Positions 9,674-19,156 of a stretch of 43,404 bases of DNA are shown here, piece by piece. The stretch covers positions 1-43,404 of the forward strand of contig CAYYNI010000001.1 in NCBI GenBank assembly GCA_964472765.1, written 5' to 3'. Both the position numbers and the translations under genes were made by a program. A model generated the notes under the pieces. It was not told where the DNA came from, made no database searches, and was given only the letters and a program-made list of their open reading frames with translations. Each line of letters opens with the position of its first letter. The stretch's first letter is position 1. Source of the stretch: an uncultured Thermotogaceae bacterium (GTDB lineage Bacteria; Thermotogota; Thermotogae; MWEM01).

Positions 9674-10264
9674 ATGAAATTAAAAGAAGGCAAGATCGTT
9701 GCAGGCGTTTCTGCAAGACATTTACATTTATCTGAAGCAGATCTGAAGGTGCTTTTTGGTGAGAATGCGCAATTAACCCCTATCAAAGATTTGGGACAAC
9801 CCGGTCAATTTGCCAGTGATGAAAAAGTCAAGGTAATGGGTCCAAAGGGAGAATTTGAATCTGTGAGAGTATTGGGTCCTGTCAGAAGTGATACACAGGT
9901 TGAAGTTAGCTTAACGGACGCCTATAAACTTGGTGTTGTTCCACCGGTTAGAGATTCGGGTGACATTGAGGGAACTCCAGGTGTCACTTTGATTGGCCCT
10001 GCAGGAGAGGTAATTCTTGAAAAAGGTCTCATTCTGGCCAAAAGACACATTCACATGACACCTGAAGATGCGCAATTCTTTGACGTGAAAGACAAAGACA
10101 TTGTCTCTGTTTTATGTGACACACAGGGTAGAAAGACCATCTTTCAGGACGTGTTAATTCGAGTCAGCCCGAAATACGCATTGGAGTTTCATGTGGATAC
10201 AGATGAAGCCAATGCCAGTTTTTTGAAAACGGGTGATGAAGTACAAATTATTAAAGAATTATAA
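9674..10264 (+). CDS. pduL: Phosphate propanoyltransferase / PduL-type phosphotransacylase.
   Basis: 196 aa with two PduL repeats (SARHLHLSEADLKVLFG and KRHIHMTPEDAQFF). RBS AAGGAGG is present. Confidence 0.85.
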   Translation: MKLKEGKIVAGVSARHLHLSEADLKVLFGENAQLTPIKDLGQPGQFASDEKVKVMGPKGEFESVRVLGPVRSDTQVEVSLTDAYKLGVVPPVRDSGDIEGTPGVTLIGPAGEVILEKGLILAKRHIHMTPEDAQFFDVKDKDIVSVLCDTQGRKTIFQDVLIRVSPKYALEFHVDTDEANASFLKTGDEVQIIKEL

Positions 10265-10280
10265 ACTGATAAAAATCAAT

Positions 10281-10314
10281 AATCGGGAGCCGGTTACCAC
10301 GGGTTCCCGATTTT
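10281..10314 (+). terminator. Rho-independent terminator after pduL.
   Basis: AATCGGGAGCC-ggttaccacg-GGTTCCCGATT forms an 11-bp stem (one G-U pair) that runs into TTTT. Confidence 0.7.
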
Positions 10315-10340
10315 CATTGAGGGTAAAAAAGGGGTTCAGC

Positions 10341-11003
10341 ATGATTGATCAAGGGTTATACCAACAGTTTCTAGATTTACTGGAAGAAGAAAGCATCAAA
10401 CAAAACCTGATCAGGTATCAAACCAGGGAAGAACTTGTCAAAAAGCATTTGGATGATTCGTTATTGCCTTTTAATGGCAATAAGATTCAACCTTTGACCG
10501 GTTCAATTTTGGATATCGGTTCAGGTGGAGGATTTCCGGCAATCCCATTGGCAATCACCTTTCCAAATGCATCTTTTACTCTCATAGAAAGTGAAGGCAA
10601 AAAAGCCGAATTTTTAAAAAAGGTCGCTTTGAATCTACATTTATCCAATGTATCCGTTATCAATCAACGGGTGGAAGATTATTCAAGAGTAAACCGTGAA
10701 TGCTACGACTTCTGTACTTTGAGGGCTGTTGCAGCTACAAGAATATCACTGGAGTATGCCGCTCCAGCTTTGAAAGTTGGGGGGGAAGTCTTATTATACA
10801 AAGGTCCTCTTTTTGATCATGAGTTGAAAGAATCAAAAAATGCAATGAGCTTACTCGGTTTACTTTTTGAAAAAAATATCCGATATGAGTATATATACAA
10901 TAACGAAGTGTTTACGCCGATACTTGCTGTTTTTAAAAAGGAAAAGGAAACACCTTCAAATTATCCGCGCCGAACGGGAATGCCAAAAAAACATCCCCTA
11001 TAA
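10341..11003 (+). CDS. rsmG: 16S rRNA (guanine527-N7)-methyltransferase.
   Basis: SAM-binding motif ILDIGSGGGFPAIPLAI. The start is placed at ATG 10341 (MIDQGLYQQF) because the longer ORF from 10233 overlaps pduL and reads through its terminator. Confidence 0.85.
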   Translation: MIDQGLYQQFLDLLEEESIKQNLIRYQTREELVKKHLDDSLLPFNGNKIQPLTGSILDIGSGGGFPAIPLAITFPNASFTLIESEGKKAEFLKKVALNLHLSNVSVINQRVEDYSRVNRECYDFCTLRAVAATRISLEYAAPALKVGGEVLLYKGPLFDHELKESKNAMSLLGLLFEKNIRYEYIYNNEVFTPILAVFKKEKETPSNYPRRTGMPKKHPL

Positions 11004-11042
11004 CACAGCTTTTTAAAAAAGCAAGAAAGAAAGGAATATAAA

Positions 11043-11396
11043 ATGATCAAATATCTTGTAAAAGTAATTATCTCGGCAATCCTTATTGTAATCATTTCTG
11101 AAATCAGTAAAAGAACCTCTTTTTGGGGAGGATTAATTGCCTCCTTGCCAATCACCTCTTTGTTAGCGATTATTTGGCTATATATGGATACAGGGAACCG
11201 TCAAAAAGTTTCAGATTTATCACTGAATATTTTTTGGTTTGTACTTCCCTCTTTATTATTTTTTGTAACGTTGCCTTTTTTTATCTCAAAACTTGGCTGG
11301 AACGTTTATTTCTCTATTGCTTTATCATCAGGCATTACAATGTTTGGATATTTTATAATGGCTACTATTTTATCAAAATTTGGCATAAAAATATAA
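11043..11396 (+). CDS. Small 4-TM membrane protein (DUF3147-like).
   Basis: 117 aa and very hydrophobic. The GGLIASLPITSLL motif resembles DUF3147. The family assignment is from memory only. Confidence 0.5.
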   Translation: MIKYLVKVIISAILIVIISEISKRTSFWGGLIASLPITSLLAIIWLYMDTGNRQKVSDLSLNIFWFVLPSLLFFVTLPFFISKLGWNVYFSIALSSGITMFGYFIMATILSKFGIKI

Positions 11397-11519
11397 TTAA
11401 CGTCTGTTGAAAAACGAAATTCCTCCAGTAGCTGGCCTTAAGATCAGTCCAAGCACCTAAACAGACAAAAATACGCTGTAAAACTTTATTAGTAAGGACC
11501 TTGAGTTCTTCAGCAACCC

Positions 11520-13241
11520 CTAATTCGTCCTAAACAAAGAAACCTGTGACCTCATGTCCTCTGACATCGTTTTCAACGATTCCACCGTATCGTATAGTTT
11601 TTTGGTCATTTCTTCTTGACCTTCAATATAACGGTTCATATCATTCATTTCTTCCATTACCTCAAAAACGGCCTTGCCAACTGTATCTGTTGACTGAGCC
11701 ATTTCCTGCAAAGACTCCGTTTGCTGCTGAACACTACCCGAAACATTCTCAATATTTTCCAGTACTGCTTGTATTTCCTTCATGATATTTTTAAACTGAT
11801 CTTGTAATTGAACCATATCTTTTGATGCCGATTCAACAGAGATATTGGAATTTTTCATGAGTTTATCAGTGGATTCGATGCCTTTTCTGATTTCTGTCAG
11901 GTTTTCACTTATTCTTTGAGTTGAATTCTGACTTTCCTCTGCAAGCTTACGGATTTCATCGGCGACAACAGCAAATCCCTTACCGGCTTCTCCTGCCCTT
12001 GCTGCTTCTATTGCCGCATTAAGTGCTAACAGATTGGTTTGCTCCGCAATGGATGAAATAACTCCCACGATGTCTCCGATGCTTTGCGCTTGATCATTCA
12101 AACCATCTATCATTTTTGCCATAGTTGCGGTGTTGTCTTTGACATTAGTCATATCGCTTACGAGTTCTTCTACAAATTGTTCTCCTTTTAGAGTCATTTC
12201 CACCGCTTTTTCGGTGCGGTTTTTCAATTCTGTTGATGCATTTGAAACATTTTGGGCACTGCTGGCGATTTCTTCCACACCGGAAGTTAACTCCTCGGAG
12301 GAAGTTGAGATGTCTTCTATCTTTTTAAAAACATCCTCTCTTTGCTGAACAAATGTACTGATCCCTTCTTGCTGAATTTTGGAAGAAGTATTGATATCAT
12401 CTGACAGGTTGTTGATTTGTTCTGATGAGGTCTTTATCTCATCGATGGTATGAACTAATTGATCGACCGTTTCATCAAGAGCACGTCCAACCTGGTTGAT
12501 CTCATCAGTACCTGATGACACGAATCGCTTTGTCAAATCCCCTTTTCCAAGGCTCTTTACATTTTCTTTTAGTGTTTTCAAAGGCTTTAACAAACTTCGT
12601 AAAAGGAAGAACAAAATGATAATGATAGCAGCCAGGAATATCAGATAATACAAAGATTGTTTTAGAAAAGTATTAGCTGCTTTGGTTTGAACGTCGTTAA
12701 TGTAAACCCCCGTGCCATACCACCAACCCCATGGTTTATAACTGCTGATATAAGATCTCTTGGGTTCTACCTGATTGGTATTGGAGTTCAACCAATAATA
12801 AGTATAATAACCATGCCCTTTGCTTTTTGCTATGGCCAGCAATTCACGTTGAACGTAATGGCCTTCTTCATCTTGAACATCCAAGAATTTTCCACGTTCA
12901 TGGCTTTGAAAAGGAATGGCAACCTTGTTCTCCATGGTATAGCCAAAAATATAATTTTCCCCTTCGAAATGCATTTTGTTGATCACTTCTCCAGCCATAA
13001 ACTGAGCCTGTTCGTTATCCATCTTGCCATCCTGAACTTGTTGAGCATAATATTGAATGACCCCTTCGGTGAAATCAACAATATCTTTAACCCCTTTTTC
13101 TCTTTCAGTCAGGAGACTATTGTAAATAGTTTGATATTGCGTCCACAGTGAGAAAACAGAAAAGGCTATAATGAGGATCAGTACCGGTAAGATGATTTTC
13201 AAAAAAAGGCTTTTAGTAAACCAATTCATACCCAACTTCAT
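11520..13241 (-). CDS. Methyl-accepting chemotaxis protein with a periplasmic single-Cache sensor and a HAMP domain.
   Basis: It has TM1, a Cache-like region (YIFGY...YYTYYW...[12 protein letters not shown]), TM2 and HAMP. The conserved MCP hairpin reads [38 protein letters not shown]. Confidence 0.9.
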   Translation of the reverse strand: MKLGMNWFTKSLFLKIILPVLILIIAFSVFSLWTQYQTIYNSLLTEREKGVKDIVDFTEGVIQYYAQQVQDGKMDNEQAQFMAGEVINKMHFEGENYIFGYTMENKVAIPFQSHERGKFLDVQDEEGHYVQRELLAIAKSKGHGYYTYYWLNSNTNQVEPKRSYISSYKPWGWWYGTGVYINDVQTKAANTFLKQSLYYLIFLAAIIIILFFLLRSLLKPLKTLKENVKSLGKGDLTKRFVSSGTDEINQVGRALDETVDQLVHTIDEIKTSSEQINNLSDDINTSSKIQQEGISTFVQQREDVFKKIEDISTSSEELTSGVEEIASSAQNVSNASTELKNRTEKAVEMTLKGEQFVEELVSDMTNVKDNTATMAKMIDGLNDQAQSIGDIVGVISSIAEQTNLLALNAAIEAARAGEAGKGFAVVADEIRKLAEESQNSTQRISENLTEIRKGIESTDKLMKNSNISVESASKDMVQLQDQFKNIMKEIQAVLENIENVSGSVQQQTESLQEMAQSTDTVGKAVFEVMEEMNDMNRYIEGQEEMTKKLYDTVESLKTMSEDMRSQVSLFRTN

Positions 13242-13396
13242 GAGATCACCCCTTAAGCGGTTTGTTTTAAGAAAATTAACAGTATTTTATTATACCAGAT
13301 AAACCATTCTGTTTATCATCGTCAAATCATTTGCTATAATGACAAAGCACCATCATCATTGGCTAAATCTTAAAAAGGAACCCTTGGAGGTCAGTA

Positions 13397-14768
13397 ATGG
13401 AACAAAAAACGAAAAAAACTGCCCTTTGGACATTCAGCGGTTAAAGTGGTATTGGTTGATTCCAACCGTTATTGTGATTATTTGTTATTCTGCTTTGAAG
13501 ATTGCTGAAGGCCATATGCTTGCTCATTTAATCAACAGTATTGTGCAACAAATTAAAGTCAACTGATGCATACGATTTATTTGACAGTTGGTGTATTCAT
13601 CAGTTCTGTCTGTTCAATTTTCCTTTGGTAATATCTTGCGATCCAGTTTTCTGATTGATTATGCACCGTTCTGCTAAGGAAGATTTCAAATAGGATTGCC
13701 AAAGCGACTGACCAAACCATGCATCAATACCATTCCGGCGATTTAATCTCCCGTATGTCAAATGATTTCATTCTTTTGCAGGAAATGCTTCAAAAGGATC
13801 TTTTTCAGCTTTTTAGCGGAATAGCCACCGCTATCTTTGCATTGATTTATCTGTTCTCAAATAATTGGCTGCTCACTGTTGTCGTTTTAGCATCCTTACC
13901 TCTTATTGGGATTCTGTCAGTTGTCCTCAGTGCCCCGGTTGAAAAATATACCCATGATGCTCAGAAAAGCCTTTCTTGTATCAACAAAGAGGCCAAAGAA
14001 AGCATTTCAGGGTCAGAAATTATTCGGGTTTTTAATATGCAACCTTTCTTTCTCGATCGATTTAAATCCTTCCAGAAAGCTCGGGTTACTCATTCGAAAA
14101 AAATGGTAAAACAATCGATTCTATTAATGGTTTTTGGTATGCTCATCGCTTTTGTACCAATTCTGATTGTTTTTGGCTTCGGGGGTTATTTGGTTTTACA
14201 GGGACAAATTACCGTCGGTTTGTTATTTGCCTTCATTCAATTACTGAACTATATTGCTTTTCCTCTACAGGAATTACCCCTTCTGTTGGGGAAGATAAAA
14301 TCTTCAATAGCAGGAGGCAAAAGACTTATTTCACTTCTTTCTATCGAAGTAGAAAGAGAAGACGGAATCAGTGGAACGGTTGCAGGTGATGAATTAATCC
14401 GTTTTGAACACGTTTTTTTCCGCTATCCGGATCAAAAAGATTGGGCTTTAGAAGACGTCAGCTTTTCAATAAGAAAAGGAGAGCGAATTGCTTTTTCAGG
14501 TACTAGCGGATGCGGAAAATCAACTGTATTTAAGCTGATTTTAGGCGATTATTCTCCCCAAAAAGGCAAATTGGTTGTTGGTGATCACGAACTTGGGGAA
14601 TTGAATCTTCAATCGTTAAGAAATAAAATGGCCGTTGTCATTCAAGAACCCTTTTTGCTAGATACTTCTTTAAAGGAGAACATCAAACTTGGCAATTTGG
14701 ATGCTCCTGACCAGCTGATGGAAGAAGGCATGTCCCAGGGGCGAATTATTATCGTTGTTCAGCAATGA
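13397..14768 (+). pseudogene. Degraded MsbA-like ABC exporter (fused TMD-NBD).
   Basis: The TMD reading frame changes near 13555. The continuing frame has in-frame stops TAA 13629-13631 and TGA 13656-13658. There may be an extra frameshift near 13440 after the ATG at 13397. The NBD keeps Walker A (GTSGCGKST) and the Q-loop (VIQEPF) but ends before the LSGGQ, Walker B and H-loop motifs. An upstream TGcTATAAT at 13332-13340 remains. Confidence 0.75.
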
Positions 14769-14811
14769 TGTTGAATGGATAGTTTATCAACCTTGTTGCG
14801 TGAATCATCAT

Positions 14812-14840
14812 TTTTCAATCATTGGAGAATATAGTATAAT
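14812..14840 (+). promoter_or_regulatory. Possible promoter for tldD-pmbA.
   Basis: TTTTCA, a 17-nt spacer, then TATAAT, about 70 nt upstream of the GTG start. Confidence 0.35.
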
Positions 14841-14912
14841 GAGACAATACTTGATGAGAATGACTCACAGATAGAATGATGAAGGAAAAAAGGCACTATA
14901 AGGAGGGTATAA

Positions 14913-16343
14913 GTGAAAACAGGACAATCGGTTTTTTTAGAAGCAAAACGCTCTTTGCTGAAAGAGTTGATCAGTAACCTTGAATCTGATTTTCCCTATG
15001 TGAGCGTTTTGGGTACAGATGTTAAGGGAAAGCAATACAACGTGATGACAACTGGTGTTAAAATCAACGATTCCATGTGGTCGGAAAGGGGATTCGTTCT
15101 CAGGCTTCATGATGGAAAAGGGTATTTTGAGTTCTCTTTCAATACAATTGAAGGCGATTCAGTTGAGGAGCTTTACCAAGAAATAAAGGAAAGGGCAATG
15201 ATGTTCAGGGAATTAACTAAAAGCCAGAAAATCCAACAGGTATCTGCTCCAATTCCTGATGAGAAAGAAGAATCAGTCAATTTTGAAGATGAAGTGAATC
15301 TTGCTCTGGACCATCAAACACCCGGAGAAATCATCGAACGATTAACCGGGATGAAAAATCTGGCTCATGAATTATCCGATGAGGTCATTAACGTCATGGC
15401 GCTGATGGAAAATGTTCAAGTTCATAAGCTGTTCTTATCCGGTAAAAAGGAACTTTGTCAATCATATATATGGTCACAGGGCTATTTGTATGTGCTGGCA
15501 AGGCGGGACAATAAGACCAAATACAGCATAAAAGGTTTTTCCGGTTTAAAAGGATTGGAAATATTAGATGAGATGGATGGTCATATCAACGAACTGGTGA
15601 ATAATGCCCTTTTGCTGTTATCCGCTGAAAAAATAGAACCAGGGGTTTACGATGTGATTTGTTCGCCAAGCGTATCGGGTTTGATTGCACATGAGGCTTT
15701 TGGCCATGGTGTGGAAATGGACATGTTCGTGAAAGGACGTGCAAAAGCTGTAGAATACCTGAATAAACCGGTAGCTTCAGAGTTGGTGAGTATGCATGAT
15801 GGCGCAGCAGGTGTCAGAGAGGTATCTTCATATGCCTTTGATGACGAAGGAACATTGGCATCTGACACACTTGTTATCGAAAAAGGCATTTTAAAGAGAG
15901 GGATTTCTGATATTTGTTCCGCTTCGATCTTGAAAACGCAACCAACGGGTAACGGTAAAAGAGAGTCTTTTGAAAGGAAAGCTTATGCCAGAATGACCAA
16001 CACCTATTTTTCTCCAGGCTCAGACAAACTTGAAGATATGATCGCATCCATTGACTACGGATTTTTATTGGAGGACTATTACAGCGGTATGGAAGACCCC
16101 AAGAACTGGGGCATACAATGTCTTATTGCTTACGGCAAGGAAATAAAAAACGGCCAATTCACAGGTAAAATTGTCTCACCGGTTATGATGACCGGATATG
16201 TTCCTAGCCTTTTAAAATCAATTTCTATGGTCTCTGATGATTTTGAACTATCGGGAACAGGAGCTTGCGGGAAAGGCCATAAAGAGTTTGCAAAAGTTTC
16301 AGCCGGTGGTCCTTACATAAAGGCAAAAGCGAGGTTAGGATAA
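14913..16343 (+). CDS. tldD: TldD-family metalloprotease subunit.
   Basis: 476 aa with the HExxxH motif HEAFGHGVE. The start is GTG, 8 nt after AAGGAGGG. Confidence 0.85.
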   Translation: MKTGQSVFLEAKRSLLKELISNLESDFPYVSVLGTDVKGKQYNVMTTGVKINDSMWSERGFVLRLHDGKGYFEFSFNTIEGDSVEELYQEIKERAMMFRELTKSQKIQQVSAPIPDEKEESVNFEDEVNLALDHQTPGEIIERLTGMKNLAHELSDEVINVMALMENVQVHKLFLSGKKELCQSYIWSQGYLYVLARRDNKTKYSIKGFSGLKGLEILDEMDGHINELVNNALLLLSAEKIEPGVYDVICSPSVSGLIAHEAFGHGVEMDMFVKGRAKAVEYLNKPVASELVSMHDGAAGVREVSSYAFDDEGTLASDTLVIEKGILKRGISDICSASILKTQPTGNGKRESFERKAYARMTNTYFSPGSDKLEDMIASIDYGFLLEDYYSGMEDPKNWGIQCLIAYGKEIKNGQFTGKIVSPVMMTGYVPSLLKSISMVSDDFELSGTGACGKGHKEFAKVSAGGPYIKAKARLG

Positions 16344-17617
16344 TGATTAAAAAAATAATCGACCAATTGAATGCTTCCGGGGCAACCGGCTGGAAACTGA
16401 CTGAAACGGTTGTCGACAGCCAGGAATACTTCTTCGTGAAGGATAAAATGGATATCGGAAGGGCAAAGAAAGTACAACATTATGAAGCTACCGTATATGT
16501 TGATTTCTCTGAAGGCTCTGAAAAGTACCGGGGAAGTTCTTCGTTAACCCTTTCGCCCCTGTTAAATGCCAATGAATTAGAAGAAGCCATCGACGGAGCA
16601 GTATTTGCAGCCGGTTTTGTTAAAAACCCTTGGTACCCGATTACTGAAGCCTATTCTAAAGATTTCCCGTTTGAAAAGATTGATCTGAAAAAGCAAGTTA
16701 AGCAAACGTTGGCCGCTATTGTCAACGCACAAAGCAACACGAATGCCTGGGTGAATTCATCAGAATTGTTTGTCAGTGAGATTCAAACGAGAATTCTGAA
16801 CTCAAATGGGCTGGACTGTTCCTTTTCCAAATATCAGACCTATTTGGAAACCATCGTTTCTGCCGCCGGCAAAGAAGAGGTAGAGCTGTATGACGATTAT
16901 CAATTATCTGTTCCTAACAGTGAATTAATCGGCAATAGAATCTCGGACTTGTTAACGATGGTCAGTGAAAGATCAATTGCTCAGGCTACACCATCTCTGA
17001 AGAAAATTCCCGTTTTATTGACCGGTGAACCGGTAAAAGAATTCCTGAGGTACTATTTGCAGCAAGCAAATGCACAAATGAAGTACGATAAAATTTCAGA
17101 AGTCGAAATTGGGAAATCCGTTCAGGGAAAAGAATCTGGGGATTCTATTTCCTTAGATATAGTCAGCCAGTTAGAAAACGCCTATTACGGAGCTCCCGTT
17201 GATGATGACGGCTTTTTGATCCGTTCTCAAAGGATTATTGAAAACGGCTTGCTGAAAAATTATTGGGGTGATATACGCTACAGTCACTATTTAGGGGTGG
17301 AGCCTACCGGTTCTGCTGAAAACTTCAAGGTCTTCCCTGGAAAAGCAAGTGTTGAAGAGCTTCGCAACCAGCCTCACTTAGAAGTATCCCACTTCTCCGC
17401 AGTGGATGCCGATATGACAACGGGTGATTTTGGCGGTGAAATCAGATTGGGATGGGTTGCTGACGGCAACAAAAGGACGCCTGTTTCCGGGGGATCGGTT
17501 ACCGGAAACATTCGTGAAATTACTTCCATCAAATTATCCAATGAAGTTCACTTGGAGGGAGACTATTTCGGACCCCGTTCCATCCTAATAGAGGGATTTT
17601 CTATTGCAGGAGAATAA
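16343..17617 (+). CDS. pmbA: PmbA/TldE-family protease partner subunit.
   Basis: 424 aa. It is a TldD/PmbA-fold paralogue without HExxxH. Its start overlaps the tldD stop by 1 nt (TAATG), which suggests translational coupling. Confidence 0.75.
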   Translation: MIKKIIDQLNASGATGWKLTETVVDSQEYFFVKDKMDIGRAKKVQHYEATVYVDFSEGSEKYRGSSSLTLSPLLNANELEEAIDGAVFAAGFVKNPWYPITEAYSKDFPFEKIDLKKQVKQTLAAIVNAQSNTNAWVNSSELFVSEIQTRILNSNGLDCSFSKYQTYLETIVSAAGKEEVELYDDYQLSVPNSELIGNRISDLLTMVSERSIAQATPSLKKIPVLLTGEPVKEFLRYYLQQANAQMKYDKISEVEIGKSVQGKESGDSISLDIVSQLENAYYGAPVDDDGFLIRSQRIIENGLLKNYWGDIRYSHYLGVEPTGSAENFKVFPGKASVEELRNQPHLEVSHFSAVDADMTTGDFGGEIRLGWVADGNKRTPVSGGSVTGNIREITSIKLSNEVHLEGDYFGPRSILIEGFSIAGE

Positions 17618-17639
17618 AGGATTTTTTTAATCAAGATCA

Positions 17640-18251
17640 TTATTGTTCATCCATGAGGGTATCAATAACCGTATTGATCATCCTCACCAATAAAGACAGA
17701 TCCATACTGGATCTAAGAGGATGCTCAAGACATTGCTCCGGAAGAAATGGAATATGAATAAAACCGGACTTTGTTTTGAGCCCTTTTTCTTTGATATAGT
17801 CCAAAGCATTGTACATCACATAATTGCAGATATAAGTTCCGGCCGAATAGGAAACATTCACCGGTATTCCTTCATTTTTAAGATTTTTTTCCAGCCTTCT
17901 GATCGGAAGAGCCGACCAGTATGCAACCGGTCCTTTTGCATTGATAATCATATCTTTTGGCTGATCTCCGTTATTATCAGGTATCCTTGCATCCACTATA
18001 TTAATGGCAATTCTTTCAAGGGCAACCTGAGAAATTCTACCGCTAAGTCCGAAACTCACCAGATAATCGGGTTGAATTGATTCAAGTGCTTTTTTTACCT
18101 TTTCTCCGGCTTCTTTAACGGTTACCGGTAGTAAAAGGGTCTGTAAATGGCACTGAAGCCGTTTACGATCCATGTGTTTTAACAATTCTTCTGAAGGATT
18201 GATCTTTTCTTTGTCGAAAGGTTCAAATCCGGTGATCATGATTTTTTTCAT
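17640..18251 (-). CDS. pcp: Pyroglutamyl-peptidase I (pyrrolidone-carboxylate peptidase).
   Basis: 203 aa. It has ITGFEPF, the catalytic Cys context SAGTYICNYVMY and the His context GFIHIP. RBS AGGAGGA is present. Confidence 0.9.
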   Translation of the reverse strand: MKKIMITGFEPFDKEKINPSEELLKHMDRKRLQCHLQTLLLPVTVKEAGEKVKKALESIQPDYLVSFGLSGRISQVALERIAINIVDARIPDNNGDQPKDMIINAKGPVAYWSALPIRRLEKNLKNEGIPVNVSYSAGTYICNYVMYNALDYIKEKGLKTKSGFIHIPFLPEQCLEHPLRSSMDLSLLVRMINTVIDTLMDEQ

Positions 18252-18260
18252 TCGTTCCTC

Positions 18261-18989
18261 CTAATTCATTGGAAATTCTTTTCTCAACTGAATAACCATT
18301 TTCATGTCCAGTGACGCATTTTCAATCGATTGGAGCGAGCGAACAATGACTTTACCCATCGGATCCACTACCATCGAATGGCCGTTGTACTTGTCCCCGG
18401 TTCTGTTCACGCCAATTATCCAGGCCTGATTCTCGATTGCTCTGGCGATTAACAACGCTTCCCAATGTTGGATACGCTTAATTGGCCAATTTGCTGGAAT
18501 GATATAAAGAGAGGGTTTTTCCTTTTTGCTATCAAACAGTTCGGGAAATCTCAATCCAAAACAAATAATGATTCTCGCAGGAACCCCTCCAAGCTCAAAA
18601 TCCATCGTCTCCTGAGCTGGCGTAATATGAATATTTTCATTTGCGTAGGTAAATGTCTTCCTTTTTCGCTGCGTGATCAGAAGCGAGCCATCTGGCCCTG
18701 CGATGGAATAGGCATTGTAGATCTTTTGATTCAATTGTTCAAAATATCCAAAACCGATAAACAAACCATATTGTTGAGCAACACACTTAATTTCTTCAAT
18801 TTTCTCCTTGTTTACACACTTTACACCTTTTTCAAAATCCTCCGGGAAACCTTGAAGAGATAACTCCGGTGTCAGGAGTATTTTTGAGAATTTCTGGTTA
18901 TTGATTTCTTCTGCAAATTCTTTGATCTTCTCGACATTCTTTTTCTCATCATCTTGAACAATTTCCTGAGTCAGAAAACTTACAATCAT
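18261..18989 (-). CDS. Carbon-nitrogen hydrolase (nitrilase superfamily) protein, omega-amidase-like.
   Basis: 242 aa. The E-K-C triad contexts are TPELSLQG, RKRKTF and IIICFGLRFPE. Confidence 0.75.
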   Translation of the reverse strand: MIVSFLTQEIVQDDEKKNVEKIKEFAEEINNQKFSKILLTPELSLQGFPEDFEKGVKCVNKEKIEEIKCVAQQYGLFIGFGYFEQLNQKIYNAYSIAGPDGSLLITQRKRKTFTYANENIHITPAQETMDFELGGVPARIIICFGLRFPELFDSKKEKPSLYIIPANWPIKRIQHWEALLIARAIENQAWIIGVNRTGDKYNGHSMVVDPMGKVIVRSLQSIENASLDMKMVIQLRKEFPMN

Positions 18990-19156
18990 GAACTTTCTCC
19001 CAATAAAAAAAAGAGATCAATCCGTTCACGAATCAATCTCCTTTTGTATAATTACAAGCCGCTTATATTATACCAAAAAACTATCTACATATCAAATGAT
19101 TCAGGTTTTCCTTTCAATCAAATGCTTTTTGAACCAGAAAACGTGTCCTGATGCTC

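Noticed and set aside
10233-10340. A longer rsmG ORF that starts inside pduL.
   Set aside because: It would read through the pduL terminator hairpin (10281-10314). The conserved RsmG N-terminus begins at ATG 10341.
12687-13151. A 154-aa plus-strand ORF antisense to the MCP gene. Similar long antisense ORFs occur at 3087-3482, 4348-4734, 35620-35970, 36834-37193 and 37922-38416.
   Set aside because: All of them lie fully inside strongly supported genes on the other strand. They have no RBS and show low-complexity, hydrophobic 'shadow' composition typical of AT-rich genomes. No recognisable motifs were seen.
13339-13566. A 75-aa ORF beginning MTKHHHHW, which could be a small His-rich protein.
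   Set aside because: Its 5' part is a read-through of the promoter and RBS region in a different frame from the RBS-proximal ATG (13397). Its 3' part is the first TM helix of the ABC exporter. It is a fragment of the pseudogene.
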